A stretch of DNA of 64,000 nt from Thecamonas trahens ATCC 50062 (taxonomy: Eukaryota > Protista > Apusomonadida): the NCBI RefSeq assembly GCF_000142905.1, contig NW_013657672.1, positions 266,244 to 330,243 on the forward strand. The letters are read 5' to 3'. The position numbers were made by a program, and so were the translations under genes. Below are positions 54,001-64,000 of this stretch, piece after piece. Under the pieces are notes generated by a model that saw only the letters and a program-made list of their open reading frames with translations, did no database searches and was not told where the DNA came from. The first letter of the stretch is position 1, and every line of letters starts with the position of its first letter.

Positions 54001-54379
54001 TTGAAGTAGTTGACGGTGGCAATATCGGGGTATCCATCATTGTCCGCGTCCAATATCGCCGCGTCGATGCCAAATCCAGCCTGGTTGGTCACTGTGGTTA
54101 GCGGCGACCGCAGTGTAGCGGCAACAGCGTTCTTGGCCTACAATAGCGCAGTGGCAGGAGAAGGGAGGAGGCAAGGATGTGAATGAATGACGAGGGTGAG
54201 AGGGAAGGGAGGGGGGGAGGGATGGATGGAGGAAGGGAGGGGCGTACGGTACGGGTGCAGGCATCAAGGGCGTAGCCGTCCAATGTAGACTGAGGCGGTG
54301 GAGCCAATGCGCCGCAATAAGTGGCGAGCACGAGAACGGCGGCGCCAACGAGAACAGCCGCAACTGTGCGGGTAAGCAT
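48006..54379 (-). CDS. Very large receptor-like protein: FG-GAP repeats, Pmp-like beta-helix (GGA[I/L] repeats), GCC/TNFR-like Cys repeats, multi-TM domain; intron at 54138-54247
   Basis: Exon 1 encodes a signal peptide (MLTRTVAAVLVGAAVLVLA) and splices in frame (GTACGC...TAG) to the 2028-aa ORF. It contains many DxN/DGDGxxD motifs, FxxN.A..GGA repeats and C..GYTGRFCGRCAQDYF, then about 7 or more TM segments. Confidence 0.87.
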
Positions 54380-55239
54380 GGTAGCGCGAAGGGGGGGGGG
54401 AGGGGGGAGGAGGGTGAAGGAGGAGGGCGAGGTGCAAGAGGGGATCCTAGGAGGTAAGGGGATTAAGGGTTGAGGGTGGGAGTGATCTGCTGGAGAGCAA
54501 TGCCTAGGAACGCTGTTGTTATGGTGCTGGTGCTGGGGTTTCTGGGCTATTGCGGGAGTTGGTTGAACAAGGTGAGTGGTGTGCACATGGTGGTACGTTT
54601 GTGCGCGAATTTGGCACTCGGCGTAGGTGCGGAGGTGCGGAGAAGGAATGAAACAAGAACGAATGGGAATTGAACTCGTTTAGGGCATGAAGGGGTGGGG
54701 AGAGTGAAGAACGATGAGTCTTTGTTTTCGCATGGGCTGGGGTGGGTCTCGGAGGGGCTGCGGCTACAACTGGGAGCATTGAGGACGGGGTTGGCGGACG
54801 GCTGCGGTGAAATTTTGCACGTTGACTCGCGTCATCCGCCGTATCCCACGTTGCGGTATGGAGAGCAAAAGGCCAGGGTGCGGAGCAGAGAGGGAGAATG
54901 AGAAAGGGATCAATTCCACAAGGGGGTCGAGTTTGGGGCCTGACCAAGTAGTGATGGCGGCAGGTGGGCGAGATCTGCAGCCACAGGCAGCAACCGCAAA
55001 CGTGCTCGCTGCTGGCTAGTGCCGAGTGATAGCATCTACTTGCCTCGCGATCGGACGATGATGGTGTACAGGCGTGCGAGGGCCGACATGCAGGGCCACG
55101 TACCGACGACAGCCGCCGCTGTCGTTGGCTGAGCCATCGTCACACAGTGGCCGGAATCCGCCTCCCCCCCCCCCCCCCCCCTCCCCTCTCCCCGAGTTGC
55201 CTGGCACTCGACTCGACGGTGGAGCACACAGGAGTTACG

Positions 55240-56307
55240 ATGAGCAGCGGGATGTCATCCCGTGAACGACGAGCTGCCCGTGACGTGGTTGGCTCTCGCA
55301 TGAAGATGTATGAGGTACGTGTTGTGGACATGGTTCGGGAAGTGGGGGGGAGGGGAGGGGAGGCGAGGCGAGGAGGAGGAGGGGCTGGTGGTGGAGGGCG
55401 AGGGAGAGGCAGGCGTTCACTTCGACGACTTCGATGGACGACTGATGGGAATGGAAAGGGAATGGAAGGATAGTCTGCGACCAAGGTGACGCTTGATCCG
55501 ACGCAGCCGTGGATGGTCCGTGCAGATGGTCACAGCTTCTCCAAGTTTACCAAGGGTCTGGTCAAGCCGTTTGACTCGCGGCTGTCAGCGGTGATGGTGG
55601 CGACCATGCTCGACACGGTGGCCAAGTTCAACGCCCTCACAGGATACACACACTCGGACGAGATCACTCTGGTCTTTGGACCGGCCGACGTCGAAGCCGG
55701 GCAGACGCTGGCGTACAACGGAAAGGTATCGAAGATCGTCTCGCTTGTCGCCGCGTACATCTCTGTCCGGTTCAACGCACACATGCTCGCCTACGACTGG
55801 TCCGATCTGAGCGAAACCACCCGAGTCGGGATCCTTGCCTGCGAGGCGCACTTTGATGCCCGCGCCTTCTCGGTTCCACACGCTGCCGAGGCGTGGGCCA
55901 ATCTGTTGTGGCGATCGAACCACGACTGCCGCCGGAACTCGGTCTCGATGCTCGCGCGGGTCTACTACTCGGCCAAGCAGCTGCACGGCATATCAACCCG
56001 CGACGTCCTCGCCATGCTCGAGGATGAGCACGGAGTGGCGTGGGAGGCCCAGCCGCGGTTCTTCACCCGCGGTACCGTGGCCAAGAAGGAGCTATACGAC
56101 ATGGCCGCCATCGATCGCAAGACCGGCGAGGCCGTCGTCGCCAAGCGCTCGCGCTTTGTCGCCCGCGCCTTTCCGCTCAGTGATGACTCGTCTGCCGCCA
56201 TGGCCGATCTTGTCCTCGCCAAGTACTGGCCTGACGACTTTGATCCACAGCGCGCCACCGTTGTCGACGCTGCCTCCATCGCCGCCTCGGGCTTTGTCCC
56301 TGCCTGA
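55240..56307 (+). CDS. Thg1-like protein (TLP; tRNA-His guanylyltransferase family 3'-5' polymerase); intron at 55315-55473
   Basis: RMKMYE | ...VRADGHSFSKFTKG..KPFD, YTHSDEI, NGKVSKIVS, FDAR and WR...DCRRNSVS motifs. Confidence 0.92.
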
Positions 56308-56347
56308 TGGCGTTGCATAGTAAAGGCCAGCACACTTCTCGCACACC

Positions 56348-58241
56348 ATGGGTAGACGTCGTCGCGATGGCGCGCCTGCCGCTGATGCGCCCAACTCGTA
56401 CGCGGCGTTGCTCGCGGCCAAGCGGGCGGCGAGCGAGACGGTGAGCGAGGTGGCGAGCGAGGCGGTCAGCACTGAGGTCGAGGCCGAGGTCGAGGTCGGT
56501 GGCGAGAGCGTCGTCGTGGCCGCAGCTCCGCTTCCGCCTCAGGCCGAGGTGGTGGCGGCGGCGGCAGAGGCCGAGGAAGCTGCCAAGGCGGCNNNNNNNN
56601 NNNNNNNNNNNNNNNNNNNNNNNNNNNNNNNNNNNNNNNNNNNNNNNNNNNNNNNNNNNNNNNNNNNNNNNNNNNNNNNNNNNNNNNNNNNNNNNNNNNN
56701 NNNNNNNNNNNNNNNNNNNNNNNNNNNNNNNNNNNNNNNNNNNNNNNNNNNNNNNNNNNNNNNNNNNNNNNNNNNNNNNNNNNNNNNNNNNNNNNNNNNN
56801 NNNNNNNNNNNNNNNNNNNNNNNNNNNNNNNNNNNNNNNNNNNNNNNNNNNNNNNNNNNNNNNNNNNNNNNNNNNNNNNNNNNNNNNNNNNNNNNNNNNN
56901 NNNNNNNNNNNNNNNNNNNNNNNNNNNNNNNNNNNNNNNNNNNNNNNNNNNNNNNNNNNNNNNNNNNNNNNNNNNNNNNNNNNNNNNNNNNNNNNNNNNN
57001 NNNNNNNNNNNNNNNNNNNNNNNNNNNNNNNNNNNNNNNNNNNNNNNNNNNNNNNNNNNNNNNNNNNNNNNNNNNNNNNNNNNNNNNNNNNNNNNNNNNN
57101 NNNNNNNNNNNNNNNNNNNNNNNNNNNNNNNNNNNNNNNNNNNNNNNNNNNNNNNNNNNNNNNNNNNNNNNNNNNNNNNNNNNNNNNNNNNNNNNNNNNN
57201 NNNNNNNNNNNNNNNNNNNNNNNNNNNNNNNNNNNNNNNNNNNNNNNNNNNCGGGCAGAGGCCGAGGAAGCTGCCAAGGCGGCGGCAGAGGCGCAGCGTT
57301 ACCGCGACCGGGCGGCAGAGCGGCGAGCGCGGGCAGCCGCCGATGAGGAGGCCGCCGAGGTTGACGAGGCCGAGGCTGCCGCCCGCCGTGCTCACGAGGC
57401 TGCGCTAAGAGCGACCGGCGAAGAGCGCCAGCGGCTGATCGAGGCCACCAAGTTCCTCGGCGGCGACGAGGCCCACTCGCACCTGGTTCTCGGACTGGAC
57501 CTGGCCCTCGCCCGCCGCAACCGCGAGCGGCTCGAGGCCGAGGCTGCTGCAGCCGCCGCCGCCGAGCCCACGCCCACAGACAGCACTCTCGTCTCGGCAG
57601 GCGCTGCGCCTCTGCCGCCGCCGCCGGCAGCCTCGCTCTTGACTTGGGTTGCTGATCGGGCAGTGACTGCGCCGCCGCCGTCGCGGCCGCTCTTCCGGGG
57701 TTCGCTCGTCTTTACGGTCGATCCCGACGCCGGCAGCGCGGTCCGTTTGCACAGGCTGGACGCTGCGCCGCCGCCACGGCCAGAGCTGGCCACCGTCCCG
57801 GTCCTTCCGCCGGATGTCCTTGCCCGTTTGGCCGCACTGTCGCTGGCCTCGGGCGCTGACGCGAAGCGCGACAAGATCCTCGCCCGCAAGACCCGCAAGA
57901 CGGCGCGGGCCCGCGAGCTGGACACCTTTACGCCAACCAAGCCGACGCTCACCTTTCACGGAGGACTGGTTGTCTTTACGCCACTGCCGCGCCGCCGACA
58001 GGGCGGTGCGGGCCAGGGCCGGCCGGCTATTGACATGTTTGCCGGCCTCCCAGTCGCCATCGACGAGCCGCCGGCCGAGTTCGAGCCGGAGCGCACCCGT
58101 AAGCGCAAACGCAAGCGGCGGCGGCGGCGGCGGCACGAAGATGGTGCCAACCAAGGCCCAGGCCCAGGCCCAGGCCCAGGCTCGGACTCGGACTCGGGCT
58201 CGGGCGGTGGGAGCAGAAGAGGCAAGCGAGTTAAACAATGA
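56348..58241 (+). CDS. RED/IK-like spliceosomal protein (RED N-terminal domain); spans an N-gap
   Basis: YRDRAAERR and TKFLGGDEAHSHLVLGLDLAL, compared with the RED_N pattern KFLGGD.EHTHLVKGLDFAL. Confidence 0.8.
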
Positions 58242-58876
58242 GGAGGAAGCGGCGGACCTGCGAGGCCGGAACACGGATCGAGATGAAGCACAGGAGCCAG
58301 CAGGCATCATCACCTTCTCCCTGCCTCAGAAAGTGCCACTCGGCGTTGTCTGTCTGAATAGCCACCGTGTTGTTTGCCGTCGTCGGCTCCTTGCCCTCCA
58401 GCAGATACCCATAGAACGTCGAGTCGGCGATCTACATGGAGCGAGGCGTGCGGGTGCGGGAAGAGGGTAGGAGGGGAGGGGAGGGGAATGGGTGAGTGTG
58501 CGGGGTAGGGTGTGTGGAAGGAGAGGGAAGGAGGAGGGGGCGGGGGGCGGGGGGCGGTACGGCATACCTTGTAGCGGACAGTCTGTGTCCCCACCGAGTT
58601 CTCTAGGCAGAAGGAGACCCGGATGACGTCGGTCTTCTTGGTGGGCGACGGCGGGAGGTCCGAGGTGTAGATACAGATCTGGAGGGGATACTGCTCCTGC
58701 GCCATCTTGCGAACACGCACGTCAAAGAAGGCATGCTCTCCGAGGTTGTTGAACTGTGCCTTGCCAGACCAAAGTAAGGCGACGTCGCCATGTCCGTCCC
58801 TCCCTCGCTCAAAGCCACGTGTGCGCCTCTCCCGCTCCTGCCTCGCCTGCAACTGGCTGCCAATGCCAATGTCCAA
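58231..58876 (-). CDS. Hypothetical multi-exon protein; intron at 58432-58567, 5' exons unresolved
   Basis: An AAG|GTATGC...TAG|ATC phase-0 intron joins ...TQTVRYK to IADSTFYGY...RRFLLIV*. The sequence looks globular but no family was recognised. Confidence 0.55.
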
Positions 58877-59742
58877 TTTGCAGAGGCAGCTAGCTGAAAC
58901 GGCTCCTCGTCGCCCTAGCCCTGCGCAGAGCCAGAAAGCACTCGATTCCGCCGCTAAAGATCAGGCAACGGAATCAAGCAGAGGGGTCATGGTAGGAGGA
59001 GGGGTTAGCGTGGTGCGTCAAAGGGTAGATGCGCTAGAGAAGGGAAAAGGGATGGAGAGGCATCGTTTGACCTCAGCATAACTTGGATCATTGATCGGAA
59101 ATAGTTTCAGCAAAGTCGTCGTAGGCTGGCCCATCATCGACATAGCTGCCGTCAGAGGTCGATAGACCGGAATCACGCCCCCCCCCCTCTGTTCCCGCCG
59201 CACCCGTTCCTTGAAGGCCGGGCCACGCCGTTTGGATCCGTCTTCTGATGTTTTCCAGAGGGGATGCCCATGTCCAGGCGTAGAATGAGGCTCGCCAGGA
59301 ACCCCGTTCGACGTTTGGCCGGTCGGTGGACACTCTAGTCTACATCAACCAACCTAAGTTGATTCACACACACCCCACCTCGATCATTACATCAACCTCC
59401 TTCCCTCCCCCCCCCTCCCCCCCCTTCCCCTGTTTATGCTGTCAAATCGCGCCCTCATCGCCCTCGTCATCTCTTGCCTGATCAACCCCGCCTGATCACC
59501 GTCCCACACCTGCTGTCGCTTCCGCACGCCCTCCCCTTCCCCCGCCCCCCCCCCCNNNNNNNNNNNNNNNNNNNNNNNNNNNNNNNNNNNNNNNNNNNNN
59601 NNNNNNNNNNNNNNNNNNNNNNNNNNNNNNNNNNNNNNNNNNNNNNNNNNNNNNNNNNNNNNNNNNNNNNNNNNNNNNNNNNNNNNCCCCCCCCCAACCC
59701 AACCCCTAACCCCCCCACTCAACCCTCTTTCCTCCACAAAAC

Positions 59743-61013
59743 ATGTTCCACACACCTCTGCACTGCCTGCGTGCGGCTACGGCAGTCACACGAACCGCAG
59801 CAGCTGGCCCACGGCGGTGGCTGGCTGGCACAGCAGCAGCAGGCGATCGGCCGGCGCTGATGATTCCGGGACCGATCGAAGTCGACGATGCTGTGCTGGA
59901 GGCTTCGGCCGGGCAGGCCTGGTCGCATGTCCAGCCGCAGATCATTGAGGCGTATGCCGAGGCGCTGGCGCTGTTCAAGGCTGCCACGCTTGGCGAGGCG
60001 GCGGACAACCAGCCGTTCATTGTTTCCGGCTCGGGCACGCTCGCCATGGAGATGGCGGCAGCTAACGTGCTGCAGCCGAGCTCACGAGCGCTGGTGGCCA
60101 GCACCGGGTACTTTGGTGACCGCATGGCTGATATTGCCCGTCGAACAGGCGCGAGTGTCGACGTGCTTGCTGTGGATCGCCCCGGTGAGACAGTCGACCT
60201 CTCGGCGCTCGAAGCCAAGCTGGTCGACGCTGCCGCGGCCGGCGCAGCACCGGATGCAGTTTTTATCACCCACGTTGACACCTCGACCGGGGTGGTTGTT
60301 GACGTCGCCGCCGCCGCCGCCACCGTCCATCGCGTCGTCCCAGACGCGCTGGTGGTGGCCGATGGCGTGTGCGCCGCCGCTGGCGACGAGATGCGCATGG
60401 ACGAGTGGGGCGTCGACATCTACCTCACCGCTTCACAAAAAGCGCTCGGCCTCCCGCCGGGGTTGGCCCTGCTCAATGTCTCGCCGCGGGCGCTCGCCGC
60501 TCATGCTGCCCGCGACGCGCCGGTCACGACTTACTACGGTGACTGGGCTAACTGGCTCCCGATCATGCAGGCCTACGCCGCCCGCTCGCCAGCGTACTTT
60601 GCCACTCCGGCAACCGGGCTCGTCATGGCCCTCCGCACCTCGCTTGACGCCATGGTCAACGCGCCTGGTGGCATGGACGCCCGCTTTGCCGCCCATCGTG
60701 CTGCCTCGGACGCCGTCAAGGATCTAGTGCAGTCGGAGCTCGGCCTCCAGCTCGTCCCTACCTCGCGCGATCACGCCGCCGCCACCATGACCGCTGCCTA
60801 CTACCCATCCGATGCTTCACCGCCGGCGTTCCTCTCCGATATGCTCGACGCAGGCGTCATTGTCGCCGGCGGCCTGCATCCGGCCATCAAGGACTCGTAC
60901 TTTCGCATGGGCCACATGGGCGTCTCGGTCACCGATCCCACCCGCTCCGATCTAACCTCCCTCCACGCTGCCCTCCGCACCGCCACCGGCCACCACTACC
61001 GCCCCCCCCCCCC
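59743..61013 (+). CDS. Alanine-glyoxylate/serine-pyruvate aminotransferase (class V PLP); 3' end lost in gap
   Basis: LMIPGPIE, GSGTLAME, THVDTSTGV, DGVC, TASQKALGLPPGL and YFRMGHMG motifs. Arg/Ala-rich N-terminus resembles a mitochondrial presequence. Confidence 0.92.
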
Positions 61014-61467
61014 NNNNNNNNNNNNNNNNNNNNNNNNNNNNNNNNNNNNNNNNNNNNNNNNNNNNNNNNNNNNNNNNNNNNNNNNNNNNNNNNNNNNNNN
61101 NNNNNNNNNNNNNNNNNNNNNNNNNNNNNNNNNNNNNNNNNNNNNNNNNNNNNNNNNNNNNNNNNNNNNNNNNNNNNNNNNNNNNNNNNNNNNNNNNNNN
61201 NNNNNNNNNNNNNNNNNNNNNNNNNNNNNNNNNNNNNNNNNNNNNNNNNNNNNNNNNNNNNNNNNNNNNCCCCCCCCCCCATCTCCCATCCCGTACACGC
61301 GCATGGCACGTCCTTACATGAGCCACTGGCCAGCGAAAAGGAAACAGGGAAAAAAAAAGGAAGGCCCACAACGCATTGTATGTGTGCACGCGCACCTCCC
61401 CCCTTTCCCCCCTCTCCCCTGCCCCTTGCCACCCGTGTCACCACCTCACCCCCCCCCCTTCTCCGCC

Positions 61468-64000
61468 ATGGCCGACTTTGCTTATGTGGACCTTGTGCTT
61501 GACGACTACAATCCGGGCATGGCCTACTCTGCTTCGCCCTTTGCCATGCCCGATGTGTACCAGCCGCTGGGCTCGGCCGCACTGGCATCGCCTCTTTCGC
61601 CTCGGTCTGCTCTTGACGCGCCTGACTCGACTGCCGCAAGTCACATCGGATTCAACTCGCCTGCTTCTGCCGACTCTGATATTGCTTATGCTCTTCCGCC
61701 CTCGGCTGCTGATGGTCTTGCATCGGTGGCAGCAGTGGCTGCTTACGTCTCGCCGGCTGACGTCCATGATCCGCTCTCGCACGCTCTCGCGCCGACAGCG
61801 GCGGCAGACGGTCCGGACGTGGACGATCCGGCAGCGGGCAAAGCGCTTGTAGCTCGTGATTGGAACGCAGAGTTTCAGGCCATTGTCGAGTGGCAGCCGG
61901 CGACGCTGTCGCAGAGCAAGCTTCGGTTGCAGAAGCTCTGTCGCCTCACCGATGCGTTTCGGGCCGAGGTGCTTGCCGCCGTGGCGACCATTGTCGACGA
62001 GCGGGCTCTTCCTCCCGGCACGCCGCGGACCATCGAGCCCGCAGCAAACGTTGGGGGGTGGCCGGCGGCGAAAAGTACATCCACAACGGCATCTTCTACA
62101 AGTTTGCGCTCGACGTCCACGGCCTGTACGGCGGCGATGACGGCGTGGCCATGAAGGTTGCCTCGCTTGAGATGACCTTTCTGCTTACTTGCATGGCCGA
62201 GGAGGTGCCGGGCATCGCCTTTCCCCTCATGGCAGTCGTCGACTACAAGGGCTTCCGGCTCTCGGCCATGTCGCTTCTGCCCATCTCGGACTCGTCGCTT
62301 GTGTACGGCTCGGACGACGGTGGGCAAAGCGTCCACGACGATGTCGATGCGCTGCACGCCCCACTCAACAACCTCGCCAGCCGTCTTAACCTCGCGCCGC
62401 ATGTTGTCGGTATGTACGCTGCCTCGGCCGCCACCATCCCGTTCCCCGGCGACCTCGAAGTCCACACTGGCGCCGACGGCCGCTACTACCTCATCGACAC
62501 GGCGCGGCTGATGCCGCCGATGCCGCCCAAAGCCTTTCCTGGCGTCCGCGGCTCGTTCCTGTTCAACCTCTTCCGCCCCGAGTTTGTCCGGCACTACTCG
62601 GTCCCGCTCTGCTCCGACGCTTACACCAACTGGATTCGCGCCGATCCCGACGCCGCCTCGTATGGCGCCGCTTGCGATGCAGCCTTTGAACACTTGCTCA
62701 CCACTACCATCCCGAGCTGTCTCGAGCAGCTCAAGAGCGACGTTGGCATTGCCAACGTCACTCCAAGCATTCTCGCCTTTAATCTCGGCGCCAAAGGCAT
62801 CAACATTGCACTTCTCGGCCACGTGCTCTCGGCTCTCGACCTCTCAGTCGCCGATGATTGCGTCCTTGCCAACGCCATTCTCCACGACATGGTCGTCCGG
62901 CTGCTCAAGGCACGACTCCGCCGCGTTTGGCGAACGTGTTCGCCTGCGGCGCTTGCCGAGGCGACGGCCGCCTTTGACGCTGTCGTTTCCGGGGCAAACG
63001 CGGACGCGGCCACCACTCTGTGGACCTCGTTGCTGGCCAGCGACATGGCCGCGCGCTGGCCTGGCGATTGGTCTTCGTGGCCCCAGCTTGCCGCCGGCAC
63101 CGATCTCCGCCGCTCTGCTGCAGACGGCAAGGCCGACGGCCTTGGCGTCGATCCTGACGCTGTCTTGCGCGACGTCAAGGCCGCGGTGGGGCTGCGCGAC
63201 GACGGCGCGTTTGAGCCACAAGCTCGCATGATGTCCTACGCCGCCGTCCTGGAAGCCTCGGACGCCTACGACGAGGCGATCGAAGAGATCCGGATTGGCA
63301 ACGTGGCCGGTGCCGACGCGCCCATGGATAAGGCGTCCAAGATGTTCGCCGAAGCCATCGAGTCCCAGCCCAATGCTCGTGGTATCTACCGCACCTGGTC
63401 GCGCGACCTCTTGCGCCTCGCTTTCGAAGCTATGGTCCTCCATCCGGCCGCGGCGGCCAGCTATACCATCCACGCCTGGTCTCGAGCGGCCAAGGTTCTC
63501 GAGCTCGACGACTTTTGCGCGACTGCAGTTGAAGTTGCTGTCGATTTGGCCAATCTTGGCATGATCAAGGCTTGCCTAGCTGCAGTCATTATCCGCGGCG
63601 GGCAGTCGCTTGAGACTGTGGTGGCCGGCATTGCCAAGGATGCCGGCATCAAGCTCGCAAACGGGACGACCATCACCGCCGAAGCGCTTGTCGAGACTGC
63701 TTTCAACCACTTTGCTCGCGCCCGCGAGCTTGGGCCGACCCTCATGACCGTTAAGACCAGCAAGGCAATCTCCCTCCGCCACCTCGCTGAAGCCAGGATG
63801 GTTGCTACGGGTGACCATGCGGCTCACGTTGCCGACCTTCGGCTGGCAGCTCTCGAGCTGGACATGGTTGTCACCGCCGAGCGCGACACGATGGGCACGG
63901 TCGACGCCCTCGCCCTTGCCGGCTCGCTCCACGCTAGCATTGCATCTTCGCTCCAGATGGGCTCGGCTCTAGCGAGCGAGGTCTTGAGCCATGCTCAACG
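61468..64000 (+). CDS. Clu (clustered mitochondria) domain protein, 3'-partial; frameshift at about 62055
   Basis: RDWNAEFQ. After adding one G the frame reads GGVAGGEKYIHNGIFYKFA, PLMAVVDYKGFRL.A.SLLPI, LVYGSDDGG, LNLAPH, DGRYYLIDTARLMPP and FRPEFV, and stays open to the window end. Confidence 0.88.

Noticed and set aside
54780-55140. Possible snRNA (Sm-like AATTTTG at about 54810)
   Set aside because: No recognisable U1, U2, U4, U5 or U6 conserved sequence around it.
59690-59730. CCCTAACCC telomere-like words (also at about 9112 and 35226)
   Set aside because: Single copies inside C-rich low-complexity tracts, not arrays.
59743-62154. 803-aa ORF suggesting an aminotransferase-Clu fusion
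   Set aside because: Artefact of translating through Ns. A C-rich spacer and a separate gccATG at 61468 indicate two genes.

Overview
A very GC-rich, extremely gene-dense eukaryotic window. It has spliceosomal GT-AG introns, spliceosome, Mediator, Elongator and MCM10 genes, a Pol III tRNA gene and four N-gaps. Composition and gene content suggest a unicellular protist draft genome; Thecamonas/apusomonad-like is my inference and is not verified. I find about 31 protein genes, one tRNA-Thr(UGU) and one probable gene relic, with no CRISPR, rRNA or transposase. About 9 genes carry apparent single-base deficits in homopolymer runs, probably sequencing errors. Highlights: (1) a 4-TM protein with the cysteine and motif signature of pannexin/innexin/LRRC8 large-pore channels in an apparently non-animal genome; (2) a DNA polymerase beta fused to a PARP-type zinc finger and a PAR-binding PBZ finger; (3) a head-to-head GNAT/degenerate adenylation-domain fusion and M20D amidohydrolase pair; (4) three paralogous receptor-like genes with a shared Cys-rich/multi-TM module but different ectodomains; (5) a Thg1-like 3'-5' polymerase; (6) convergent genes overlapping at their stop codons, and G-rich introns without polypyrimidine tracts. 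All family calls come from recognising motifs by eye; no database search was run.
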